Shown in pieces: positions 25,570-39,045 of a stretch of 64,000 nt of DNA. Made by a program: the position numbers and the translations under genes. Each line of letters begins with the position of its first letter. Position 1 is the first letter of the stretch. This DNA comes from Hemiscyllium ocellatum (lineage: Eukaryota), in assembly GCF_020745735.1 (NCBI RefSeq), contig NC_083423.1, forward strand, positions 50,344,001 to 50,408,000, given 5' to 3'. The notes under the pieces were generated by a model that saw only the letters and a list, made by a program, of their open reading frames with translations, had not been told where the DNA came from and made no database searches.

Positions 25570-26110
25570 TGAAGTTGGAAAGCTATTTTGCAGTTGTACA
25601 AGATGCTGGTGAGGCCGCACTTGGAGTATTGTATTCAGTTTTGGTCACCTTGCTGTAGGAAGGATGTTATTAAACGGGTAAGAGTGCGAAACAAATATAC
25701 AAGGATGATGCCAGGACTCAATGATCTGAGTTATAGGGAGAGGTTAGTCAAGCTAGGACTTTTTCTTTCAAGCATAGGAGACTGAGGGGGGATCTTATAG
25801 AAGTGTATAAAATCATGAGAAGCATGGATAGGGTGAATGCATTAATTGTTTTTCCCAGGGTTGGGGAATTGAAGACTAGGGGGAAAGAATAAAAGGGAAC
25901 CTGAGGGGCAACTTTTATTAGACAGAGGGTGGTACGCATGTAGAATGAGCTACCAGCGGAAGTGGTTGAGGTTAAAAGGCATTTGGACAAATACATGATA
26001 GGAAAGGTTCAGAAGGCGATGGGTCAAGTGCAGGGAAAAAGGGTTAGCTTGGACAGACGTTTTGGTTGGCATGGACCAGTTTGAGTCAAAGTGTCAGTCT
26101 CCATGCTGTA
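25570..26110 (+). mobile_element. CR1 LINE 3' fragment
   Basis: QLYKMLVRPHLEYCIQFWSP motif and CR1 tail. Confidence 0.88.
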
Positions 26111-26860
26111 GGACAGCACGACGCTGTGTGTCTGTGTGTAGGCACATGCAAGTTTATAGAGAGCAAGGGAGCTGTCAACCTGTTGTCAATTGCTACTCAC
26201 CAAAACCACATCATTGTCATGTCAATCATTTTCCACTCTAGACCCCTCTCCTTCTGCTGGACTGCCCAGCTGCTTAGGTCCAACCTTACTTGCATTCTGT
26301 GTGGAAGCAAAGTCCCAGCGGTGAGGCTTACATTTCCCAGGTGGGGTGCACTAGAGTTTTACCACTCCTAATTCTAGCCCCAGAAAGTTTTAGAAGTAAC
26401 AAGCTTACTTTGCATTACTTCATATTACCATTTTCCTTCTAGTCGGAGCTCCTCAGCAAGGAATAAACTCTGTGGAGGTCCAATTACTGCTATCATACTC
26501 AAATTGGCGTATTGAAAGAAGGATCCTGTCAGGTTTTAGCAAGTTCCTTTGCTCCTGATTTGGAAGGGGATTCTTTGGGCTTCCTAATGTTGCTGTAAAC
26601 CATGGTTTTGTATTTGTCCAGCCATATAGTTTCTAGCACTAAAGCATGTGTTGTATCCTCCTGGAGAGGAGTATCCACAACATTGTGATAGAGAGAAAGA
26701 GCCATGTGCAACCAACTGATCCAATTAATGTCATATATTGGAAAAGGACAGAAGAAGGGAAATAGGAATTATATCAGGATAGCAAAGCGCTACAAAGAGT
26801 GTCTCGAAGCTTGAGATCAATTTACAGTGCAAATTTTACTGAGATTATTGTGGACGTATT

Positions 26861-27120
26861 CATAGAGTCATAGAGATGTACAGCACAGAAACAGACCCTT
26901 TGGTCCAACACATCCATACAGACCAGAGATCTTAAATTAATCTAGTCCCATTTGCCAGCATTTTGCTCATGTCTCTCCAAACCTTCCCTATCCATGTTAT
27001 AATTGTACCAGCCTCCACCACTTTCTCTGGCAGTTTATTCCATACATGCACCACCCTCTCTCTGCATGAAAAAGTTATCCCTTAGGTCACTTTTAAATCT
27101 TTCCCCTCCCACCTTAAACC
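26861..27120 (-). mobile_element. CR1/HER1-type LINE 3' end
   Basis: catagagtcatagagatgtacagcacagaaacagaccc tail. Confidence 0.8.
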
Positions 27121-27288
27121 TCACTTGAAGAAGTAGGAAAGAGAAAGAAGTCACTTTCATTTAAATAGATCTTCCATCCAAAATTTCCCAGATCACTTCA
27201 TCAAGAATTTAGAAAGTGAAGAGGAATAGAATAAGAACTTATTACGAACCAAAACCAAAAACTAAATGTAAGTAACTATAATACTTGA

Positions 27289-27506
27289 CATGATTTGGAG
27301 ATGCCGGTGTTGGACTGGGATGTGCAAAGTTAAAAATCACACAACACCAGGTTATAGTCCAACAGGTTTAATTGGAAGCACACTAGCTTTCGGAGCGACG
27401 CTCCTTCATCTGACCATCACCTAATGAAGGAGCGTCGCTCCGAAAGCTAGTGTGCTTCCAATTAAACCTGTTGGACTATAACCTGGTGTTGTGTGATTTT
27501 TAACTT
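27289..27506. mobile_element. PLE family 3 mini fold-back with perfect 84-bp inverted arms
   Basis: Arms 27326-27409 and 27424-27507; TSD tataatacttga at 27277-27288 and 27507-27518. Confidence 0.9.
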
Positions 27507-27548
27507 TATAATACTTGATACTTTGAAGCTGTTAAGTTGCAGAACAGA

Positions 27549-27562
27549 GTGCCACCTAGTGT
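27549..27562 (-). promoter_or_regulatory. Candidate CTCF-binding motif
   Basis: Reverse complement ACACTAGGTGGCAC matches the CTCF core CCACYAGRKGGCRS at 13 of 14 positions; motif evidence only. Confidence 0.3.
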
Positions 27563-27943
27563 GAATAATGTGTCTGGTTGGGGAGAGGCAGACTAGTGGA
27601 GATAGTGAGTTGTGTTTGATGTCAAAGAAGATTAATAAGAAGTTTAGTGATCATATGTTCATTTGTAAAACTCTGATGGTCAGCTTCAATTAGTGGAGCT
27701 GCTACCTTGCAGGTGAATTTGAGCAAGTGTGACGTTTAATTGGAAAGTTCTCCCTTGGTGTCTCCACCAATTTTAAAACCACAAAACAACACCATTTTAA
27801 AAAAAACAGGCTGTCTGGTTAATGACTAGTTATTTTAAGCAGCCAGTGGTGTACAGATTGGATGCCATGTTACCTACTTCAATGGTAAAGTCACCATAGT
27901 CCTACCAGACCATAGCAGTGCTCTCTCAATAGAGAGAGACAAC

Positions 27944-28418
27944 TGTTGTGGTTCTGCTCGCCAAGCTGGAAGTTTTTGCTGCAAACGTTTCGTTCCATGG
28001 CTTTTTGACTGGGAAAACACCACTATCATAGGACAAGCCAGACAGAGAACAGCCAGAGAATTCCTAGAAGCATGGCATTCATCCCCAAACTCCATCAACA
28101 GACACATTGACCTGGACACCATATACAAACCACTACAGCTGAAACTGACACCCGGAAGCGGCAAGAACATCCATCAACAGACACATCGACCTGGACCCCA
28201 CATACAAATCACTGCAGCTGAAACTGACACCCGGAAGCGGCAAGAACAAACCAATATAAATACCAGAAGAAACATCAAAGCAGCGCTTCACACGAGGCTC
28301 CAACAGCACTGATGATGTTCCCTAGCCAGGGAACGAAACGTTTGCAGCAAAAACTTCCAGCTCGGCGAGCAGAACCACAACAACGGATACCCGAGCTACA
28401 AATCTTCAATCAGATTTT
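27944..28418. mobile_element. PLE family 1 asymmetric fold-back inserted into a family B SINE
   Basis: Inverted arm of about 58 bp, then a + strand terminal repeat; TSD agagagacaactg at 27933-27945 and 28419-28431. Confidence 0.88.
28306..28345 (+). ncRNA. Minimal hammerhead ribozyme motif (PLE family 1)
   Basis: Identical core and stems to 12991-13030. Confidence 0.8.
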
Positions 28419-28894
28419 AGAGAGACAACTGGTGGTGGTTTAACCTTATGGTCACCACACCTCAGGCAAGGGGGTGTCCTTCATGGCAACCCTAGCCAGT
28501 GCAGGAATTGAACCCATGTAGTTGGTATCACTATCTGGTAAACCAGCGTCCACCCAACTGGGCAAACTGTGACTAGACTTCAACACATTGGTTGGGATAT
28601 TGTGAAGCTGTGTAAGGTGCTGCATAGGTGCTAAAATGGCCTGGTCTCCACTAAGTCATCTGTCACATTTGTGTCCCAACCATTTCATTTCAATCAGGGA
28701 GAGAAAATATTATATAAATGAAGAAGTATGGAATTGTTGAGGTTAGTGCATTGTCTTTAAACTCTGTGAAGTAAATGCACAATTCCCAGTGCTCCCCGAG
28801 AACAGGGTTGAGAGACAAGTCTACAAGATATCTCATATGCCATTGAGAGCAGTTTCTTAATGGTGAAAGTGTGAGGTTGATGTTTTATTTCCTA

Positions 28895-29051
28895 GTAGAA
28901 AGTGAGGACTGCTGATGCTGGAGATCAGAGCTGAAAATGTGTTGCTGAATTCAGGAATTCCTGAAGAAGGGCTCATGCCCGAAACATCGATTCTCCTGCT
29001 CCTTGGATGCTGCCTGACCTGCTGCGCTTTTCCAGCAACACATTTTCAGCT
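28895..29051. mobile_element. PLE family 2 mini fold-back with hammerhead-like core
   Basis: Arms agctgaaaatgtgttgctg / cagcaacacattttcagct; ctgaagaagggctcatgcccgaaacatc at 28961. Confidence 0.8.
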
Positions 29052-29437
29052 TTCTTCCTAATACCAGGCTCCAACTCCAGAAATTGCAAATTCTGCCAAT
29101 ATACTGTGGTGCTGGTCAATCCCAAATTCTGAAACAGAATGGCAAATTAGTTTGATCTTTTCATCAGCATAGTTTTGAATAAGGAAGCTTTTAAAGAGAG
29201 CCAGTGCTACTTTTTTTAATGAAATGCAAAAGTCCATTAATTTGATTTGTCTGTATATTTTTCATACTAAATGCTGTGTAAATACCTTGAACACCATTAT
29301 ACTGTAACAGCTGTTTAAAATCAGGGCTTTCAAAAGGAAATTACTTAAGCATCTGAAGAGGGAGAATTTGCAGGGTAGTGGGAAATGGGACTAAGTTAAT
29401 TAGTCCTGAAGAAAGAGGCAGCTTGACAGACTGAAAA

Positions 29438-29779
29438 CAGTAAACGTTGTTTTAAACGGAACCTTATTAACTGGCTCTCTTGATAAACCAGCAAAATATA
29501 AGCCCTTAAGTACCACGTTGTTACAGTATTTATGCTGTAAATAAAGAATAACGGTGATGTATACCCCCTGCATTACCTTTGTATAACTTAATGTGTGTTT
29601 TTACATTGATTTTAGGAATATGTTGATGTTTTTAACATAGATGATTTGAGGGGTGTTGGTGTCTTGAAGCTTTGCTTGGTCAGAGTTTATCGCGGTTTGT
29701 GTACCTCTCTACTATCCGGAGTATTGATCAACCGGCACACTCCGCGACCCATAGGGGCCGGTTAATAAAAGGTTTGCCG
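29438..29779. mobile_element. Tigger/pogo-like MITE
   Basis: Imperfect TIRs cagtaaacgttgttttaaacgg / ccggttaataaaaggtttgccg. Confidence 0.55.
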
Positions 29780-30866
29780 TCGTTCTTGTTATACGTTGGC
29801 TGCTGAATGATCCTAAGTTTCCGATGTGCCACACTTCATGAGCGAAATCTAAAAAAAGTAACTGGGAGGTTAAAGTGTGGTACAGAGTGAAGGGAGATCA
29901 GAGACTATAAAAGCCAACAAAACCCATTAGTGTGCAATGTGTTAATTAAAGCAAGTATGCTTGTATAATATACAAAACGGGCTGTAGTATTTTCTTAGTT
30001 TCAATAGTTTTTCATTGCATGACGGAGTTTAATATTTCTGTCATGTGTTAAACAGACAAGGCCATGCAAATTGTTGCCTGTGATGTTTCAAGGTATGTGT
30101 GAGAAGTGGAAATGCAGCAGGAAGCTGGGCAAATAAACATCACTGAAAAGTTGCCTCTGAGACTGTATTTACTCAGCCAGTGGTTGGTAGAGACAAATTG
30201 GCTCAATGTTACTACATTTTGGAGCATTTGGTGGTGATGTGTCAGGACTGGTAGATGATTACCAGCTCCTTCTAGCAGACTGCTCTTGGCCTTACAACCT
30301 GCCCTTGTTTCGCTTGATAGCTGAGGTAGAACCTGAAGAAATGTTAATGGAAATGAAGGCTTAAAGGTTCTCTTGGTTAATGACTGGCCTTGCTCAGTGA
30401 AATAAATAACAAATAATGGGTTGCCATGAAGTGATTTGTATTTGAGAGACATTTTGATGTCATTCCACATCTATTTAAAATAAGCTTTTCAATTGGAAAT
30501 GTCATTGAAGCTAATTACCATTTAATATAAATTATTGCTGACAATAGTGAGATTTATTCAGTGAATCACTGGACTGTTCAGACAAGGAGAGGTCCCAGGT
30601 TTGATTCCAAAGCTTTTACTGAGTGACAGGATCATGAGGAGGCTTCACACTGGGGGTGAGTGGGTGGTTGGTAATCTATCATCTGAACAAGATGATGGAT
30701 GAACGTACAACAAACTGAATGCATTGGGATAGCATCACATGATGTCACCTTGCTGCTGCCTGAGGAGTCCATTCATGGACAGTAGCTCCTTTGACGTGGT
30801 TATCAGGAGACATATGCTCTGAAGCTTTTGGTGTTTGTGCCTGTTACCAAGCCACTGTCTATCATA

Positions 30867-30868
<2 letters not shown>

Positions 30869-30945
<77 letters not shown>
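30869..30945. repeat. (CA)n microsatellite
   Basis: Direct observation. Confidence 0.97.
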
Positions 30946-30946
<1 letters not shown>

Positions 30947-32816
30947 GCATGCCTGGAATGTTGCCATTTTCCTAAGTCATCACTTAGTGATTCTGAGGTC
31001 CAAAACCTAATGTTCGGGGGTCTTCATGTCAAACTGATTGCTACCTTTTAGTAAATAGGCCTGCTAACCTTCCAGTATTATTGTGGAATTTCCAGTGGAG
31101 AATTAATCACTAGAACACTGCTGCAGACAACCAAACAGAAAATTCATAGACCACTAAACAAAATTTTTTAAAAATTCTTTAAATGTTTTATTTGATTCAT
31201 GATTAAAATACTGGAGATGAGGAAAATAAGCAGTTTGTTTAGTGGCCAAAATTAGCCCTATATTGAATCAAAGTGTGCGTTTGCTTTCTAATGGGGAAGA
31301 TATTGGGTCATGTGAATTGACCAATGGTATTGGGGTGGGCCAAGGGGTTATGTGATTAAACCTCCAGATTTACGCACAACCCGTATTGGCAACTCTGTTG
31401 GGACACCAAACTCAACTACAGCAACATCCTGAGCAAATAGGAATCTCATTAAAAAGGTCAAGTGAAATTATTCCATTTATTTAGCAAATCAAAGTTGACC
31501 AAAAGAGAAAAAAATTCTTTGATCAAAATCTAAAGCCGAAAATGTCAGTGCGTGGCCCTCAATAACTAGATGCAGCAATATTTCAGTAAACTGATAGAAT
31601 TGTAAGCCTCAATACAGCTGGCACTGGTCAATATAAAACAAAGGATAACATTGTAAATGGAACAGAGAGACTTGGATGTCTATTTTGTTCAAAGTGGCAA
31701 AGCAGCTTGAGAAATTAGTTATGAAGGTATATGGGTTCTGGTACTTATAAATAGAGGCCTAAGAACAGAAAAACAAAGATGTTATGAAACACAAGTGATG
31801 CCAAAACTGGAATATAGTATCCCATTCTGAGCACCACACTATTGGAATGATGTGAAGTCTTTAGACTGAGTGCAGAAAAATTCACAAGTATATCTGAAGG
31901 GATGAGGAGATTTGCAGTTGTTTTCCTCTGAGAAGCCATGGTAGGAATAGGATTTGTTAGAGATACATAAAATAATGAAAGGTTCAAACAGAGCAGAAAT
32001 TGGGAAATAGTTCCCAATGGCAAAAGAGCCAACAGGCAGAGTACAAAGACACAAAGTATTTCGCAAAAGAATTAAAGCAGGGAGAAGAGTGAGTGAGTGG
32101 TTATTTGGTTTTTAGCATCGGGATTGCATTGCCTGAAAGGGAGTCACTTCATGGGGGTGCTGGTGTTGGATTGGGTCAGATGCCACACGACACCAGTTTA
32201 TAGTCCGACAGGTTTATTTGAAGTCACAAGCTTTCAGCGTGCTGCTCTTTCATCATCTTGTACATCAAATCTAATTTTCTGCCTGCTTCTCAAATCCATC
32301 AATCCCCACAGGAACCAAACATCTATCAACCCCAGCCTTATTTGTATTCAACAGTGAAGCATCCACTTTTGAGTAGAAAATTCCAAAGATACATGACCCT
32401 TTGAGTGAAGTAATTACACCTTATCTCCATCTTAAATGATCATCCCCTTATCCTGAGACTTTGCCCCTATGTTTTGGATTCCCCAATGAGCAGAAACAAT
32501 TTTTCAATCTTCCCAAGACCCTTCAGAATTTCCTGGATTTCAATGAGATCACCTCCTATTGTTCTAAACTTCAGAGAGTATCGACCAATTTACTCAACCC
32601 CATCAGTCCCGGCGACCAACTTAATGAATCAGAAAATAACAGACTTAGCAGTTTTTTGCAAACCTTTATATTTAAGATTACACAATAACTTCCCTACTAA
32701 CAATGCTTAGCCTAAATATTGGCAACTTCAACATCATAGACATTTTATTTTATACATTATTCAGGCATTGACAACAGCAAGCGTATTGTGATCTTATCAA
32801 GACCATCTTCTCTCCA

Positions 32817-32941
32817 TGATTTGGAGATGCCGGTGTTGGACTGAGGTGTACAAAGTTAAAAATCACACAACATCAGGTTATAGTCCAACAGGTTTAATTG
32901 GAAGCTCACTAGCTTTTGGAGCAATGCTCCTTCATCAGGTA
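32817..32941 (-). mobile_element. PLE family 3 solo terminal fragment (hammerhead with G12>A + tail)
   Basis: Reverse complement acctgatgaaggagcattgctccaaaagctagtg...; TSD atcttctctcca at 32805-32816 and 32942-32953. Confidence 0.85.
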
Positions 32942-33399
32942 ATCTTCTCTCCAGTCATTGTTCGAACACCTAAGTCTTAATCATTTTAAATGAGCAAAGT
33001 CTAAATGGGAAGGAAAGGAAAAGGTTAGTATGGTAATATCTCATGTGGTTGGCATTGTGTTGGAAGATAATTGGGTTACATTGATGAACTGATCTCTTGA
33101 ATGCAAAACTGACCTCACTTTCTACTTGTGGTTTGAAAATAAATCAAAAACTTCAAATGAAAATATTTTGCAATACAATTCTACTGCACCTACCATAATG
33201 CTGTGAAGAAGCTCACATCCTAATGCAGCAACTCCAGTGTAAATACATGGTTTCTGGGGTCAGGCTCCCACTTCTTATTGAAATGTAGCATGTGAAAAAA
33301 AGAGTCAAAGGTGTTAACCATCTAATTTAAACTCTACGGGTTAAAATTGGTCTATGGCAACATGATCAGTAAGTCTAACGTCTGCTGTTGGGAAATGTC

Positions 33400-33860
33400 A
33401 AATCCATTCTTAACTATCTAATAGCAGGACACTTGGAGAATCACAAAACAAACAAAGGCTTCACGCTTTTGTGAAAGGGGAATTGTGTTAATCAATTTTG
33501 TTGAGGACAAGCAAGGTGAATCAAGAGAAACTTATAAATGTGGTCAACTTAAATTTCCAAATGGCATTTACTAATATGCCACGTTAAATTTTACTTCAGA
33601 AATTAAGAGCTCATAGCATGGTTAGTATAATATTAGCATGGATATGGGACTGGGCAGCTAACAGAAGCAGAGTAGAGATAATTTTAGGTTGTAAAATAAT
33701 AAATAATCATAGGATAATTTTCAGGTTGGCAAGATTTAACTTGGGTGCTACAGAAATCATACTGGTGCCTCAACGATTTATAATCTAAATTAGTGACTTG
33801 GATGAAGAAAATGAAGATATCGTTGCTAAGTTTGCTGACTACATAAAGGTAGATAGGAAA
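33400..33860 (+). mobile_element. Old CR1 RT fragment, interrupted by a PLE
   Basis: DLDEENEDIVAKFADYIKV, a remnant of the CR1 KFADD motif. Confidence 0.7.
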
Positions 33861-35082
33861 GTCTACAAACCGAGCGACTCCCACAGCTACCTAGATTACA
33901 CCTCATCCCACCCTGCTCCTGTAAAAACACCATCCCATGTTCCCAATTCCTTTGCCTCCGCCGCATCTGCTCCCAGGAGGACCAATTCCACTACCGAACA
34001 GTCCAAATGGCCTCCTTCTTCAAAGACCGCAATTTCCCCTCCGAAGTGGTCGACGATGCTTTCCAACGCATCTCCTCTACTTCCCACACCTCCGCCCTTG
34101 AACCCGCCCCTCCAATCGCTACCAGGACAGAACCCTACTGGTCCTCACCTACCACCCCACCAACCTCCGGATACATCGTATCATCCTCCGTCATTTCCGC
34201 CACCTCCAAACAGACCCCACCACCAAGGATATATTTCCCTCCCCAACCCTATCAGCGTTCCAGAGAGACCACTCCCTCCGCGACTCCCTCATCAGGTCCA
34301 CACCCCCCACCAACCCAACCTCCACTCCTGGCACCTTCCCCTGCAACCACAAGAAGTGCAAAACTTGCGCCCACACCTCCCCCCTCACCTCCCTCCAAGT
34401 GAATTGTTCCATATCCGTCGCAAATTCACCTGCACCTCCACACACATCATTTACTGTATCCGCTGCACCCGATGTGGTCTCCTCTACATTGGGGAGACAG
34501 GCCGCCTACTTGCAGAACGTTTCAGGGAACACCTCTGGGACACCCACACCAACCAACCCAACCGCTTCGTGGCTGAACACTTTAACTCCCCCTCCCACTC
34601 TGCCAAGGACATGCAGGTCCTTGGCTTCCTCCATTGCCAGTCCCTGGCCACACGACGCCTGGAGGAAGAGCGCCTCATCTTCCACCTAGGAACCCTCCAA
34701 CCACACGGGATGAATGTAGATTTCTCCAGCTTCCTCATTTCCACTCCCCCCACCTTATCTCAGTCCCAACCCCCGGATTCAGCACCGCCCTCTTGACCTG
34801 CAATCTTCTTCCCGACCTCTCCGCGCCCACCCCCCTCTCTGGCCTATCACCCTCACCCTCACCTCCTTCCACCTATCGTATTCCCAGCGCCCCTCCCCCA
34901 AATTCCCCCCTCCCCTCACCTTTTATCTCAGCCCGCTTGGCACACCATCTTCATTCCTGAAGAAGGGCTTATGCCTGAAATGTCGATTCTCCTGCTCCTC
35001 AGATGCTGCCTGGCCTGCTGCGCTTTTCCAGCAGCACACTTTTCAACTTTGCTCTCCAGCATCTGCAGTCCTCACCTTCTCC
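33861..35082 (+). mobile_element. PLE family 2, 5'-truncated copy (RT thumb, Cys linker, GIY-YIG, terminal repeat with hammerhead motif at about 34953-34988)
   Basis: YKPSDSHSYLDYTSSHP, CNHKKCKTC, HIIYCIRCTRCGLLYIGETGRLLAERFREH; TSD tagataggaaa at 33850-33860 and 35083-35093. Confidence 0.93.
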
Positions 35083-36075
35083 TAGATAGGAAAATAAGTT
35101 TGCATAAGGTTTTACAAAGAGTTTTATAAATGTTAATAGCACAAGTTGGCTGTCAGATATCCTACAGTGCAGCACTACACCTCTACAGTCCTTCATTGAT
35201 TGTTAAGCGTTTGGTACATCTTCACATCATGAAAGACATTACGTAAATGCAAATGTAAATGCAACTTCTATGCAGTGATAATGTCCCTCTCTCTAAGCAA
35301 GGAGGCCTGGGTTTAATTCCAGTTGCTCCACTATTATGTCTGAACAGGTTGATTAAAAATATCTATAAGTGCAAAATCTATAAATTCTGGGGTCAAAGCA
35401 TTATTCAAATGTGAAAAAACATAGTATGTCTTCATGCAAGAAAGATTGAGCAATATTTCTAGTGCATAACAAGCAGTTCTACAGATCCCAAGTTGCAATG
35501 GAACCACATGCTTATTTGTGGAGGCAGGGTAGAAACATGACACAGCAGTGACAGCCATCAACAGTTATATAATGGAAAGTCAGAGAAACTAGCAGTCGAA
35601 CCAAATATGTCAGAATGGACAGTCTTATTGAGCACGCTATAATTATGTGGCACCTCAAGGGAGATGAGCGCACCTAATCGCTGCAGGGCAGTTGTGAAAG
35701 GGATGGCCTTTGAGTAGCTGTAGGTTACTGGTATGTAAAAGCTCGGTGATGGGTAATGCTATCCACTGTTAGAACACTAGAAAATAATTCCAGTGAAATC
35801 ACAACAATTGCTGGACAAAGAGGGAGAATGATGCCATTCCACCGTGGTTATGCAGTGGGGTGTTTTGACAGGTTGTTGAATTAGCTTTAGATTTCAATGT
35901 GAATTTTACAAAGAGTAAATGAGTTGGTGGGATTCATGATACGGTAATAGTCCATGATCTGCTGCAAAAGTAGCATTGATTGCTAGATTGGTCCTTTTCT
36001 CCAAGATTCATGTTTATATTGTATTCATTTTCTTGCCTGGAAATTGTTACAAATCTCAAAATTGAGTTTTTTTTT

Positions 36076-36382
36076 TAGATTAGACTTACAGTGTGGAAAC
36101 AGGCCCTTCGGCCCAACAAGTCCACACCGACCCGCCGAAGCGAAACCCACCCATACCCCTACATTACCCCTTACCTAACACTACGGGCAATTTAGCATGG
36201 CCAATTCACCTGACCCGCACATTTTTGGACTGTGGGAGGAAACCGGAGCACCCGGAGGAAACCCACGCAGACACGGGGAGAACGTGCAAACTCCACACAG
36301 TCAATCGCCTGAGTCGGGAATTGAACCCGGGTCTTCAGGCGCTGTGAGGCAGCAGTGCTAACCACTGTGCCACCGTGCCGCC
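36076..36382 (-). mobile_element. HE1-type V-SINE, young copy
   Basis: Near-identical reverse complement of 1972-2288. Confidence 0.9.
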
Positions 36383-37164
36383 CACTGTTTCTGTTTGTAC
36401 TTTCAAAACAAGCAGTTTGGTGACAGGAATGGGTGTAGAATTATGTGTGGTCACTATCAGTATTGCCTTCATTGTAGCAACATCATGTTGCATGATGCTT
36501 CAATGATGGTTTTCTCATATCAGTTTTACATTATGAATGAAGTTAGTCTATCAAAGCATTAGCCTTGGCTCAATTGACCTGACTGTCACCTCAGAGTCAG
36601 AAGGTAATGCATTCAAGTCTCAAAAGGACCCTCAAACATTTACTCCAAAGTGACACTGCAGTGCAACACTGAGAGAAGGATATTTGTGTTGGATATTTTA
36701 TCTGGGTTACATTCAAGTTTTATGATTGTAGTATCAGTGTTAATGGTCAGTCTTGTGTTGGTACAATTGATTCAGCACTTGCTGTTCATACATAATGTTC
36801 GCATGAGATAATGAATAATTATTCTGCAATTACATTGCTGCTTTTGTACATCACATAGTAATTTGCAGTTTAATTTGAGGAATTTAGCAGGCAATATTGG
36901 TTACCTGGGAGTGATCACTCGTCAATTGTCTTATACAGGTAGTTTGAATGAGACTTTCTCAACAGCAGCTTGGATCCTAAGGTGAGACCACACCCTTGAA
37001 GTTATTCACATGTCACATTTACTTTTACAAAATTCTGTGGGTGTTAGGAGCTGAAGGTTCATAAGGCCACTTGCTACTGTTAACAGGTGTGAGTTTAGGT
37101 GCTGGAGTGGGGGTCATTAATAGGTATTACCATTGTGAAGTGCCAAACGTCATAATTTTGTCCC

Positions 37165-37319
37165 ATTTAGTGCTTCACTGAAGCACTTCACAGGAGGCCC
37201 CCAAGCACTGAGGATGTCACCTAGACAGGGGACGAAACGTCTGCAACACAAATTCCCAGCTCGGCGAACAGAACCACAACAACGAGCACCCGAGCTACAA
37301 ATCTTCTCACAAACTTTGA
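37165..37319 (+). mobile_element. PLE family 1 solo terminal fragment
   Basis: TSD ataattttgtccc at 37152-37164 and 37320-37332; same terminal sequence and tail as 12960-13105. Confidence 0.88.
37205..37244 (+). ncRNA. Minimal hammerhead ribozyme motif with canonical GUC triplet
   Basis: GCA CUGAGGA U GUCaCCU agac AGGgGAC GAAA C GUC UGC. Confidence 0.8.
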
Positions 37320-38199
37320 ATAATTTTGTCCCGTTAATTTTTAGAAATTTTGAATTTTTCTTGATAGGCTATCCGTTTACTGATTTCCTTCTCAAGATGG
37401 AATTGACATATAAAGCTGCATCATAAACCGTGCTGTTATTTCTACTAAATATTGGAACAAAGGGATGGAAATTAATTGTTTTTTCCCTCAAGCCTGCTCT
37501 GCCATTTAAACAAATAATGGCTGATTCGTGCCACAACTCCATTTGTCCGCTTGTCGCCATATCCCAGATGCCTCTCAAAAAATCTGTTGAGCGTGAAACT
37601 TCAACTTATCCAGCCACCGACAGCCCACAACAGAGACAGCTTCAGATTCATTCTTCCTTTCTTTCGTGGGCTGTGGGTAACATAAGTAGAAACCAATTAC
37701 ATTATCTTTAGAGCATTTGTGAGTTGAGGACATTTGTAACAATTGCTGATAGTGTCATGGTGACCATTACTATGACTAACCTTATTATATTCCACATTTA
37801 ATAATTGAATTTAAATTCCACCAACTGTCATGGTGGGTTTTGAACCTTTGTTCCTGGAGCATTGACTTCCGTTTTATTAATGTGATGAAATTCCCTAATG
37901 CCACCATCACCACTAAACATGTTTGTCACCTGTATGATGTGAAATCAATAACTCTACACATTCTAAAGTCAATTGTACAGGGTTCTGAAGAAGGGTCACT
38001 GGACCCAAACTGTTTCTCTCTCCACTGAAGCTGTCAGACCTGCTGAGTTTCTCCAGCACTTTCTGTTTTTGAACATTGTTCAGGACTGGTTTTACTTGAT
38101 TTCATATAGCTGTTTAAATAAGGGTAGGTAATTCAGTCCAGTCTGTGAGTACATATTGTGTTCTGCTCACTCCTCTTGACTAGTCCACTCCTCCGAGTC

Positions 38200-39045
38200 A
38201 ATGAGAGACTGCTTCTTTAACATCACTGGGTGTGCAAACATTTTCTCTAATTAAATATTGTAAGCGCTGAAGCCCATTGATTTTGTTTCATGCTCTGAAC
38301 TCCATTTCCTAGCCAACAACTCTACCCACCTCCCTAAGAGAATTAAGCATGCTTGTTTGTGACCTTGGCGTCATGTTAGATTTTGAGATGAGGTTCCAAA
38401 CTCATATTCATGCTATCATTAAGACTCCCTATGTCCAACTCCACAACATTGTCTGATTTTACTCCTATCTCAGATTACTTGCTGCTGAAACTGAGACGAG
38501 CATTCATGCCTTTGTCATCTCTAGGCTCAACTATCCAACACACTCCTAACTGGTCAGCCTTGTACACTGCACCCTTTCTAAACCTGAGGTCATTCAAATC
38601 TCTTCTGCCTATGCTTTAACTGACAATGTGTCACGTTCCCTTTTCACTGACCTACATTGGCTCTCAGTCAAGCAATGTCTTGTTTTTCAGGTCCCTCCAT
38701 GGTCTCAATTGCCCCCCATCTCTGTTATCTCCTCCATATCCCCAGCTCATTGCTAATGGGATATCTGCACACCTCAATTTCCAGCCTCTTTGGGATCTGC
38801 CCCCCGTCCTAACTGTATCACCAGTGGTGACCAGTTACCCAGGCCCCAACCTCTCCATATCTTTTTACCTCTTCACCTCACTGTCTTCCTCAAAGAGACC
38901 TCTTAAGAACCATCTCTCTCAGCAAGCTTTTGGGTCATCTAACTGACCATTTCCTTAAGTAACCCAGTGCCATTCTGTTTTATAATACCCACGTGATGCT
39001 CCTTGGAATGTTTGACTGTGTTAAAGGTTTTGTAAAAATATAAAT
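38200..39045 (+). mobile_element. L2-clade LINE 3' fragment, old; relatives at about 40700-41000 and 54760-55070
   Basis: attcatgcctttgtcatctctaggctcaactat encodes IHAFVISRLNY, an L2 C-terminal motif, followed by an L2-like tail. Confidence 0.7.

Noticed and set aside
33798-34796. 332-aa proline-rich ORF as a host gene
   Set aside because: Chimera of a CR1 RT remnant and a frameshifted PLE; the Pro-rich middle is an alternate frame of C-rich PLE sequence.
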